A stretch of DNA of 29,877 nucleotides from the IMG/VR virus record IMGVR_UViG_3300020044_005907, positions 1-29,877 of that record; one strand, given 5' to 3'. The notes under the pieces are model-generated. The model did no database searches and was not told the origin of the DNA. It saw nothing but the letters and a program-made list of their open reading frames with translations. Shown here in pieces: positions 1-6,862 of this stretch; the stretch's first letter is position 1, and each line of letters begins with the position of its first letter. The translations under genes and the position numbers were made by a program. This stretch comes from a virus. Taxonomy: Duplodnaviria > Caudoviricetes.

Positions 1-99
1 GGCGAACCTTTTGCACTAGGTCAACCCACTTTGAACCCAAGGCAATGTCCTCAATCTTGCCAAGTGCCAGTGTTCTTTCAAGCGTCTCATCTACGTCCC
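1..99. repeat. 99-bp exact inverted repeat, copy 1 (partner at 1624-1722)
   Basis: The reverse complement of 1-99 equals 1624-1722 base for base. The match fails at 100/1623 and is bounded by the window edge on the other side. Confidence 0.95.
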
Positions 100-1015
100 A
101 ACGGACCATTGCAAACCTGTCTACAAATGCAGCGTCAGGCTTGTATCGGCCATTATATTCAACGGTAGCGCCTTGCCCCATGGTATTAGCGCCAGCGATA
201 CAGACAAAATCTGGATGCTTGCGTACAGCGCCATCTGGAAAGTCCACGATCCCGTTTGCAAGTGCTGCATTGAAGGCGAGCAGCGCCTGAGGCAAAGAAG
301 CGTCGACTTCATCGAACAGGTACACGCCCCCCTCTGTCCACGCCTTGCGAAATGGCCGCGAGACGATCCGTCCTTGCGCGTCAGTGAAGCCGAGCAGCTT
401 ATGCTCCGAGTCTAGTGCGCCGTTAAAGTGAAACGTGCGTCCCAAGACAGTAGCAACTTGCTCAGCGGCAGTTGTCTTTCCAGTGCCAGCGGGGCCGAAA
501 AGCCATACGTTTTCTCCTGAGCTTACAGCCTTGAGCAGCTTAGGGAAGTCCTTATGCGCCAGCGCCTGAGCATGTTCGCCTGAGTGGCGTTCCCTATATT
601 CAATGCGCAATGGCTGAGGCTGAGAATATTCGCGAACTAGTTCAATCACGCGCGCTTCGTCAAGCTTAGCGTCTCCCTTGGCCTTATTGAGAATATTTAG
701 AATCGCTTGCGCGTCTTCCAGTGTTACGCCGTCTTTGATGCCACCCCTTGCGCCAGCTTGGTCTTGCATCTCGGCCTTTAGCGCCGCTTCTTTGGCGTCA
801 GCCTTTGACGCTGCCTCTTGGCTGAGCTGGATAAAGCCATTGAGAACGGCGTTGGTTGCATCAAGCCAGCAAGCGTTTAACTCGGGCATAGTCATGCTAA
901 CTGCAAACGCGCTTTTGACGCCTGACATTGTTACCCAAGCGCGCAATGCCATGCGAGCCTCCGAGCCGGAGTGTGAGCGTGTTCTATCTGTCCCAAGTGT
1001 GTAAGTGTCTGACAT
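1..1015 (-). CDS. MoxR/CobS-like AAA+ ATPase, N-terminal ~338 codons (runs off the window start; missing from the ORF track)
   Basis: Manual translation from ATG at 1015 (MSDTYTLG...) stays open to the window edge. It contains Walker A (NVWLFGPAGTGKTT), Walker B (GGVYLFDEVD), the segment HPDFVCIAGANT and the Arg-finger region DAAFVDRF. Confidence 0.9.
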   Translation of the reverse strand, partial: MSDTYTLGTDRTRSHSGSEARMALRAWVTMSGVKSAFAVSMTMPELNACWLDATNAVLNGFIQLSQEAASKADAKEAALKAEMQDQAGARGGIKDGVTLEDAQAILNILNKAKGDAKLDEARVIELVREYSQPQPLRIEYRERHSGEHAQALAHKDFPKLLKAVSSGENVWLFGPAGTGKTTAAEQVATVLGRTFHFNGALDSEHKLLGFTDAQGRIVSRPFRKAWTEGGVYLFDEVDASLPQALLAFNAALANGIVDFPDGAVRKHPDFVCIAGANTMGQGATVEYNGRYKPDAAFVDRFAMVRWDVDETLERTLALGKIEDIALGSKWVDLVQKVR

Positions 1016-1067
1016 ATCGTATTTTTCTAGGTTAGGCCATCGAGTGAATCCCGAAAGCTGAGGCTGT

Positions 1068-1095
1068 AAGATAGCATTAATCAGTGAACGATCAA
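1068..1095 (-). promoter_or_regulatory. Putative sigma70-type early promoter for the ATPase gene
   Basis: Minus strand reads TTGATC-16 nt-TATCTT with a TGn extension, about 50 nt upstream of ATG 1015. Confidence 0.5.
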
Positions 1096-1623
1096 TGTCC
1101 TTTTTGATAGAAAACGAACAATTAATAACAAACGGAAAAGGCTGATAAGCGAACGCAAAGGCACCGTGCGCATGCCTGTCTAGTCGTCAGCATTAACCTA
1201 TCAGACAACGCCGGACAAAGGCTGAGAATGACCGTATACGAACACGCCTTCCAACGCGCTCAGCCTCAATGTGTTACAAGGCGGCTTTTTTGCGAGTGAA
1301 GGCATATTGCAAGGGAGTGCAAGGCGAGCGTTGCCTAGGCTAGGAAAGTTAGGTGAGGCTAACATTTGTAGGCTGAGTGAAGGATGCAAGGTGAGGCTAA
1401 GGAAAGAATGGAAGGGAATGCATCCCGATAAGCGCTTCCGCTGTCTACACAATCGCGCCTTGTCTAGTGCGTCAGCCGTCAGCCGTAGACAGGCCAGCCA
1501 TGCCAGCGCGCATCATGCCAAGCTAGCCGTGCACGGTAAGACATCCCATGTCCGATGGTTGTCTAGACGGTCAGACAACGAGTGTCCGAGGGTGCAGGGG
1601 GGGAGGGGGTTGAGCATTTGCCG

Positions 1624-1722
1624 GGGACGTAGATGAGACGCTTGAAAGAACACTGGCACTTGGCAAGATTGAGGACATTGCCTTGGGTTCAAAGTGGGTT
1701 GACCTAGTGCAAAAGGTTCGCC
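1624..1722. repeat. 99-bp exact inverted repeat, copy 2
   Basis: Identical to the reverse complement of 1-99. Confidence 0.95.
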
Positions 1723-1883
1723 GCAAGATTGCCTCTGAAGGCTCAGTGAAACACGTTGTTTCCCCTCGTGCGTCAATCGGCGGATGCGCCTTGCTTCACG
1801 CTGGATTCACTTGGGAGGAAGCTATTGAAGCGCGCTTGCGTAAAGGCCTAGATAAGGCCGTATGGGATCGTGTCAGCGCCTAA
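1626..1883 (+). CDS. C-terminal (lid) portion of the same AAA+ ATPase
   Basis: Reads DVDETLERTLALGKIEDIALGSKWVDLVQKVRRKIASEGSVKHVVSPRASIGG...DRVSA*, overlapping and continuing the minus-strand ATPase. An in-frame stop at 1611-1613 leaves it with no N-terminus in this orientation. Confidence 0.85.
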   Translation, partial: DVDETLERTLALGKIEDIALGSKWVDLVQKVRRKIASEGSVKHVVSPRASIGGCALLHAGFTWEEAIEARLRKGLDKAVWDRVSA

Positions 1884-1902
1884 CCTTTAGACATCCAACG
1901 CC

Positions 1903-2676
1903 ATGAACTACACTCAAGACGATTATCGCTATATCTGGCAAACGCCTGACGCTTTTCTGGCGGATGCTTTGCAGGTTAATAGTGGCCGATTGATGCACGA
2001 TCCAAGCTGGACTGGTCAGCCGTACGAAGCATGCCTAGAAGGCGCCACAAAGGGCAACCTTAGCCTAGTGCCTCAGGCCGAAGCATTGCTAGACAGCATA
2101 GAGGCTGACCTTGAGCTTGACTCGCCTCAATGGGAGTACGCCGTCTCGGGCGCTTTTCCTGACGTTGCAGCCTTCCTTAGTGGGGATCCCGAGTGCATGC
2201 GCGCTAGAGTGATTCACGCTAACGAAAAAGCGCCAGTGAGAGTCTTTGTCTGTACGACCTCAAGCTGTGGCGTCAGCGCCGAGACGCTCCTTAAGCGAGG
2301 CATTGCAGCACTGGCGCTTGTCATGCTTCTAATCAGACAAGGGCGGCCTGTTGAGCTTTGGACGTTCACTAAGTTGGACGGCGACAAGGACCACAAAGGA
2401 AACTCGGCGTTTTTAGTGCGCATGCCAACAACGCCCGTCGACATTGCGCGTATCGCCCATTGTCTTAGCGCATGCTCGTTTGATCGAACCATAGCAATGG
2501 GATTTGGGCGAAAGGTCACTGGCTTCACTGGAAAATGGGCCAAGCAAGAGGACCCGCGCAAGCTAGTGAATGCAGCGCCTAGCGATATCGTCCTAGGCGA
2601 GTCTCGCTACGGCGACAGTATCGTGGAGCGTCCACTAGATTGGATTCGCGAACAACTAGCGAAGCTTGCCGAGTAG
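1903..2676 (+). CDS. Putative ATPase partner protein (degenerate vWA/CobT-like)
   Basis: 257 aa directly after the ATPase. Contains GAFPDVAAFLSGDPECM and a beta-strand VRVFVCTTSS followed by a helix and RPVELW, like phage MoxR partner proteins. Confidence 0.65.
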   Translation: MNYTQDDYRYIWQTPDAFLADALQVNSGRLMHDPSWTGQPYEACLEGATKGNLSLVPQAEALLDSIEADLELDSPQWEYAVSGAFPDVAAFLSGDPECMRARVIHANEKAPVRVFVCTTSSCGVSAETLLKRGIAALALVMLLIRQGRPVELWTFTKLDGDKDHKGNSAFLVRMPTTPVDIARIAHCLSACSFDRTIAMGFGRKVTGFTGKWAKQEDPRKLVNAAPSDIVLGESRYGDSIVERPLDWIREQLAKLAE

Positions 2677-2725
2677 CCTAGCCATCCAGCGCCTTCCCTA
2701 GGGGGGGGCGCTGCAGGCTGGATTA
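2674..2725 (+). other. Intergenic long hairpin with a 3x2 internal loop (candidate RNA processing site)
   Basis: CTAGCC-atc-CAGCGCCTTCCC-tag-GGGGGGGCGCTG-ca-GGCTGG pairs, using G-U pairs. Confidence 0.55.
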
Positions 2726-2730
2726 GCCAG

Positions 2731-2757
2731 CAACCAAACCAAACCAAACCAAACCAA
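2731..2757 (+). repeat. (AACCA)n tandem repeat forming the leader of ORF 2758
   Basis: About five AACCA units end immediately before the ATG. Confidence 0.9.
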
Positions 2758-2952
2758 ATGACAACCAAAGATAAATCCCTCGCAATCGGCATGCTTTCCT
2801 TAAAGCTTGCCTTTACTGACGCGCTTATCATTCGCTTCCAAGGCGCTAGCCTAGGCCAAGCGGCCTGCTTAATCCTTTTGACGCTCGCGAGCCTCGCGGC
2901 TTGCTTGGGTGTAATCGGAATCGAAAAAGGTATTGGCTCAGACAACAACTAA
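2758..2952 (+). CDS. Small hydrophobic hypothetical protein
   Basis: 64 aa, ATG after an A/C-rich leader, with a hydrophobic segment (AACLILLTLASLAACLGVIGI). Confidence 0.6.
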   Translation: MTTKDKSLAIGMLSLKLAFTDALIIRFQGASLGQAACLILLTLASLAACLGVIGIEKGIGSDNN

Positions 2953-2974
2953 ACAACCAACAACCAACAACCAT

Positions 2975-3478
2975 ATGCGAAACAACCAACCAACCCAACC
3001 CAACCCAACCAACCCAACCCCAAGCGAAGTCGCCGAGATGGCTGTTGACGCACTGGCCAGCATGATGCGCTTGAAAGCGTCTTACCCTGAAGCGTTGCCT
3101 CAAATTGTGGCGGCGCTTCCTCAGCCTCGCAACCCGCAAGCGGCAAACGCGCTCTTGAGCCTTGTTTCGGTTGCTGCTAAATTCGATATTGGAAAGCTAG
3201 TACGCTCCGCCGAATTCAAGGCGTGGACCGACGAAGGCGACGTTGAAGACGAGTCGCATGCGGATCGCAACGGCTGGGTGTCCCATTGCCTTGCTCGCCA
3301 TTGGGCAGGCGATTGGGGAGAGCTTGATGATGAAGACAAGCAAGCCAATGATGACGCTGTGAAGCACGGCACGCGCTTGCTCAGTGCGTACACGCACGAA
3401 AACACGGGGGAACGAATCTGGATTATCACCGAAGCAAATCGGAAGCTGACGACTTTCCTTTTCCCGCACGAGTACTAG
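2975..3478 (+). CDS. Hypothetical protein with a conserved plasmid/phage-type C-terminal domain
   Basis: Motif LARHWAGDWGELDDEDKQANDDAV...RLLSAY...IWIITEANR..TTFLFPHEY. Start moved to ATG 2975, which follows an A/C-rich leader. Confidence 0.8.
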   Translation: MRNNQPTQPNPTNPTPSEVAEMAVDALASMMRLKASYPEALPQIVAALPQPRNPQAANALLSLVSVAAKFDIGKLVRSAEFKAWTDEGDVEDESHADRNGWVSHCLARHWAGDWGELDDEDKQANDDAVKHGTRLLSAYTHENTGERIWIITEANRKLTTFLFPHEY

Positions 3479-3479
3479 A

Positions 3480-3534
3480 GCCTGACCCGCAACCCTGCCC
3501 CTTGTCTAGACAGGGGGCAGCATGCGACTTAGAC
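3480..3534 (+). other. Second intergenic hairpin with the same 3x2 internal loop
   Basis: CGCA-acc-CTGCCCCTTGT-ctag-ACAGGGGGCAG-ca-TGCG. Confidence 0.55.
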
Positions 3535-3567
3535 AAACTAGGCGCGTTTAGATAAAATCAAAACCAT

Positions 3568-3882
3568 ATGACAAACAAACAAAACATCCGCAATCCCGAA
3601 GACATCCGGCACCTTATCGCAATCGAGATCCAGTACTGGGGATTCAGTTCGACCACCACCGAGGAGCGTGTCGCAATCCGTTGCCCTCGCATACAGGCGC
3701 GTACCAAGCGCAAGTTTATCCCCATCAACTCAGCCGCAGAGGCAACTTGGTTTCAGCAAGCGGTATGGTGGCTTAACTCGCAAGACATTCAGCTTGTGTC
3801 TTTTTCCTGTCTAGGGGCTGACAAATACGTTGTTACCTGCAACTTTTCAGAATCAAACGCAATACAGGAGGCGCTTAAATGA
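3568..3882 (+). CDS. Hypothetical early protein
   Basis: 104 aa, ATG after the leader AAAATCAAAACCAT, same strand as neighbours. Confidence 0.7.
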   Translation: MTNKQNIRNPEDIRHLIAIEIQYWGFSSTTTEERVAIRCPRIQARTKRKFIPINSAAEATWFQQAVWWLNSQDIQLVSFSCLGADKYVVTCNFSESNAIQEALK

Positions 3883-4046
3883 AATGTACATGCGAATCCG
3901 GCAAAGAAGGCGAACGCCAGTACGACGGCTACGGCATCTATCTGTGCATGACCTGCCCAGATTGCGAGGAAGAAAAGCTGTCTCGGTTCAGGCGTGATAT
4001 ATTTACACGCTACGATTGCGACGAGCCGATAGACGAAGATATCTAA
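3879..4046 (+). CDS. Small Cys-rich acidic protein, 55 aa (not in the ORF track)
   Basis: ATGA overlap with the upstream stop. Sequence MKCTCESGKEGERQYDGYGIYLCMTCPDCEEEKLSRFRRDIFTRYDCDEPIDEDI*. Followed by a terminator. Confidence 0.75.
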   Translation: MKCTCESGKEGERQYDGYGIYLCMTCPDCEEEKLSRFRRDIFTRYDCDEPIDEDI

Positions 4047-4070
4047 ACGGGGATTGATCTAGAACAAATC

Positions 4071-4105
4071 AGGCCACTCTGCCTCGCGGCGGGGTGGCCT
4101 TTTTT
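4071..4105 (+). terminator. Intrinsic terminator of the early operon
   Basis: AGGCCACTCTGCC-tcgc-GGCGGGGTGGCCT followed by TTTTT. Confidence 0.85.
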
Positions 4106-4119
4106 GTTGTCTGATCCTG

Positions 4120-4190
4120 CCTGGGGTGCACCGGGCAGTTGCCTGGCAGCTCCTGGCGGCCGCCTGGGGGCATTAGACAGCTTGTCTAAT
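4120..4190. repeat. Five phased CC(T/G)GG pentamers followed by an 8-bp inverted repeat
   Basis: Pentamers start at 4120, 4131, 4142, 4152 and 4163. ATTAGACA-gct-TGTCTAAT lies at 4172-4190. Confidence 0.8.
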
Positions 4191-4530
4191 CAACCGCCAT
4201 CAACACCCGTTGATGTTTTCCGCTTTCGCCCTTTCGCTTTTCGCCTGTCACCTGCACGCGCCCCTTTCGGACCAGCGCCGAGAATCGCGCCGTGACGCTT
4301 GAATACGGTAGATCAGACAAGGCATTTCGAATTTGATCCGAGATACAGCCATTCGGATAGGATCGGATTACGTCCAGCACAAGCTGCTCAAGGTGCGACG
4401 ATTTTTCGGCGATGTCTTTTGCCGCTGCCTTCGATGTACTCGGGCTGTCGCTTCTAGCCAGCATATAAGCAGGCGTACCCAGAGGAACTTGATTTCGGTT
4501 TATATCAAACTCAATTTCGATTTGTGTCAT
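4186..4530 (-). CDS. Putative winged-helix DNA-binding protein
   Basis: ARSDSPSTS motif, then LEQLVLDVIRSYPNGCISDQI...YSSVTARFSALVRKGRVQVTGEKR, a pattern typical of phage wHTH proteins. Confidence 0.65.
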   Translation of the reverse strand: MTQIEIEFDINRNQVPLGTPAYMLARSDSPSTSKAAAKDIAEKSSHLEQLVLDVIRSYPNGCISDQIRNALSDLPYSSVTARFSALVRKGRVQVTGEKRKGESGKHQRVLMAVD

Positions 4531-5093
4531 ATGTCTATTGTTTCGGATTTGGTTTCTCCCATTGCATTTAAGAACTTCGATTGCAAATCGGCGTCGTTTG
4601 TATGCAGGTGGAGGTTGATAGAGTTTACTTCGGGTTTCTTTTCTTTGTCGAGTGCTAAAACTAAATCAAAAGTCTTTTCCATGGCGAGCGTGGCGTCGCG
4701 TGGGGACATCTCTGGAATCAAATCCGCAACTCTGTCTAACGAACTCTCCGCCGCTTTGTGTAGTTTATGCCGGATGTTTACTTTAAACATGGCATCCGCG
4801 AACTCGGTGTCGGTGTCGAGTGCCCGCAATTTTACATCTCCTACAACCGTTTTAGACAGCTTCAGCTTTTCGGCAATGGCAACGATTGTATGCCCCTGCG
4901 TGTACAGTTTCAGAATCTCCTTTCGTTGATCCTCAGACACGCTGGCCCAGTTTCCCTTGCCGTTGATTTTTTCCATAGACACGCCCATTACATGATCTTC
5001 GATTCGGACGTTAGCCAGTCCGGCTAGTTGTCTAGCTCGCGTCTCAGCAGACTTGTAGCGTTTTGGTTTTGGTTTTGATTTGTCCTTTTTCAT
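4527..5093 (-). CDS. HTH protein, possibly a terminase small subunit
   Basis: HTH (QRKEILKLYTQGHTIVAIAEKLKLSKTVV), a helical core and a C-terminal INLHLH...ETIDI tail. Likely start ATG 5093. Confidence 0.5.
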   Translation of the reverse strand: MKKDKSKPKPKRYKSAETRARQLAGLANVRIEDHVMGVSMEKINGKGNWASVSEDQRKEILKLYTQGHTIVAIAEKLKLSKTVVGDVKLRALDTDTEFADAMFKVNIRHKLHKAAESSLDRVADLIPEMSPRDATLAMEKTFDLVLALDKEKKPEVNSINLHLHTNDADLQSKFLNAMGETKSETIDI

Positions 5094-5337
5094 TTTGAGC
5101 CGCCTTTTTGTTGAAGTAGCGTTGACGTTGAACCTGAAGCGCACACTCGCGACAGTATTTCTGAATCAGGTTGTTTTGATCAAACTCGGAATTGCACACG
5201 GAACAAACACTGCGCGTGGTTTTTCTGCGTTTAATTTCGCGCTCTTTAACCATCTCTGGAAAAGTAAGCTGCCTGAGCCGCAGCGCCTTTAAAACTGTCT
5301 TATTTGCCTGAATGTAAAACTCTTCCGTCAATTTCAT
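5044..5337 (-). CDS. Zinc-finger hypothetical protein
   Basis: CSVC...CREC. Likely start ATG 5337. Confidence 0.6.
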   Translation of the reverse strand: MKLTEEFYIQANKTVLKALRLRQLTFPEMVKEREIKRRKTTRSVCSVCNSEFDQNNLIQKYCRECALQVQRQRYFNKKAAQNEKGQIKTKTKTLQVC

Positions 5338-5417
5338 CTGAATGTAATTTTGGTTCCTAGCAGCAGCAAAAGCAGTGCCGCTATAATTAAACACATGGCT
5401 ATTTGGGAGTCGGTCAT
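5334..5417 (-). CDS. 27-aa putative single-pass membrane peptide (not in the ORF track)
   Basis: MTDSQIAMCLIIAALLLLLLGTKITFR*. Its stop overlaps the next start as ATGA and it fills the intergenic gap. Confidence 0.5.
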   Translation of the reverse strand: MTDSQIAMCLIIAALLLLLLGTKITFR

Positions 5418-5431
5418 GTTTAATTCCGTGT

Positions 5432-5602
5432 CTAATTCTCCTCCTTAAGCTCACGCCTTGCGGTCGCCAGCCCCTCGACCAATTCAATGTGTTCACTGTC
5501 TATTATTGCGGCAACGTGCGGGTGACAGTTGTCATTAATCCACTGCATTAGTGGTAATGCCGCCGTTCTAAGTTCAGTTAGTTGCTTTTCTGTAAGTGTC
5601 AT
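5432..5602 (-). CDS. Hypothetical protein (56 aa)
   Basis: MTLTEKQLTELRTAALPLMQWINDNCHPH..., ATGA-coupled to the upstream gene. Confidence 0.7.
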   Translation of the reverse strand: MTLTEKQLTELRTAALPLMQWINDNCHPHVAAIIDSEHIELVEGLATARRELKEEN

Positions 5603-5916
5603 TTGCCATCCTCCCATTTGCCTAGTGTCTTCAGAAACGCCTCTGCTCTGTAGCGAGCGGTTGCGCTGTAGGGCATCCATCTGCCGCATGTGTTGTCAAT
5701 CTCGCACGCCATGTCGTACATGTAATTTTGATATTCGCGCCGTTGTTCTTTAGTCAGCACCTTCTCCGCCTCATGCATGGCATTGAGATCGTTTGCCCAA
5801 GCCCACAGGTCAGGGCAAGTGTAGTCAATACCGTTGGCTGTCCACATGTAAACGCCATCTTCTTTGCGCCACCCGCACACTTCTGCAATGGACTTGTTGA
5901 TTTGGCCGTCTGTCAT
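5599..5916 (-). CDS. Phage hypothetical protein (ABA-sandwich-like)
   Basis: MTDGQINKSIAEVCGW...DLNAMHEAEK...ATARYRAEAFLKTLG pattern, ATGA-coupled. Confidence 0.65.
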   Translation of the reverse strand: MTDGQINKSIAEVCGWRKEDGVYMWTANGIDYTCPDLWAWANDLNAMHEAEKVLTKEQRREYQNYMYDMACEIDNTCGRWMPYSATARYRAEAFLKTLGKWEDGK

Positions 5917-6104
5917 TTTAGTGCCTCCTCTTCTTTGATCGCATACCAAATTTGATCGGCTTTTAACTGATGATATTCGGCCAACAGGCGCAGTACGCAG
6001 ATGCTCGTTGTGTCCTCCTTGCTTTTGGCAAAGTCTTCGACCCACACCGCAATGCGGGAGAGCATATAAGAGTCGGAATTGAGTTGTTCGATGTTTTTAG
6101 TCAT
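5913..6104 (-). CDS. Hypothetical protein
   Basis: 63 aa ORF packed in the operon. Confidence 0.65.
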   Translation of the reverse strand: MTKNIEQLNSDSYMLSRIAVWVEDFAKSKEDTTSICVLRLLAEYHQLKADQIWYAIKEEEALK

Positions 6105-6106
6105 TT

Positions 6107-6568
6107 TTAGTCCTCTTCAAGAATATCAAGCTCCCATTCTCCGTTTGTCTTTTTTTTGATCCACAAAGTTTCGCCAGCCCAATGCCCGTTATGTTTTAGG
6201 TCGTCTGCCATTTGGTAAAAGTGTTCGTGCAAAAGCCAAAACAGCTCCATGTCTGGAATTTCCCAGATCGTGACTCCGTCGTCGTGTTCAAATACGGCCC
6301 TCAGGCTACCTTCTTCTTCGTCTTCTTGTCGGTGTTCGTAATGTAGCCCTCTGATGTATCCGTAGCTCCGCAGCTCTCCTCCAATAACTCCACGAAAAGT
6401 TGATCGATCCCCATTGCGCTCTCGTATGCAGTCTCGCAATTCTTCGATTTTGTTTCGGTGTTTTTTGTTGTGCCGTTCAAGGTCTTCAACTTCTTCTTTC
6501 CAGTATCTGGCTTCTGCCAATGCAGAGTTTAGTCGTGCTACCAATTTTTGTTCCATTTCTTCAGTCAT
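6107..6568 (-). CDS. Hypothetical protein with N-terminal coiled coil
   Basis: 153 aa, coupled by ATGA overlap. Confidence 0.7.
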   Translation of the reverse strand: MTEEMEQKLVARLNSALAEARYWKEEVEDLERHNKKHRNKIEELRDCIRERNGDRSTFRGVIGGELRSYGYIRGLHYEHRQEDEEEGSLRAVFEHDDGVTIWEIPDMELFWLLHEHFYQMADDLKHNGHWAGETLWIKKKTNGEWELDILEED

Positions 6569-6783
6569 TTTGCCTCCTTCGTAGTCAGTTTATAGGCCTC
6601 CGCCAACACAAGGTCAGCGTCGAGTAGTGCAGCTCGGTCACCGGGAAACGACGAAATATCGTCCGGGGTGCGATGTCTAAGCCTGTCTACAAGTTGTTGA
6701 ATTGCTTGCACTGCTTTGTCTGTAAAGTGCCGATGTAGCACTAGCTCTGATCGTAAGTCTGCTATTATCTTCATGTCATTCAT
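6565..6783 (-). CDS. Hypothetical protein
   Basis: 72 aa ORF in the operon. Confidence 0.65.
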   Translation of the reverse strand: MNDMKIIADLRSELVLHRHFTDKAVQAIQQLVDRLRHRTPDDISSFPGDRAALLDADLVLAEAYKLTTKEAK

Positions 6784-6862
6784 TAGTTAGTATATTTATT
6801 ATTGCGCTGATAAGCTCTTCCACTGCCTTCCAAACTTCTGCTGAGTAGTCGTATCGCTTCAT
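6776..6862 (-). CDS. 28-aa peptide (not in the ORF track)
   Basis: MKRYDYSAEVWKAVEELISAIINILTNE*. ATGA overlap with the DnaB-C stop; fills the gap. Confidence 0.4.
   Translation of the reverse strand: MKRYDYSAEVWKAVEELISAIINILTNE

Noticed and set aside
1201-1776. ORFs 1201-1452, 1271-1636 and 1513-1776
   Set aside because: They have low-plausibility composition, lie over a repeat-rich terminus-like region, and two of them cross the suspect 1623/1624 junction.
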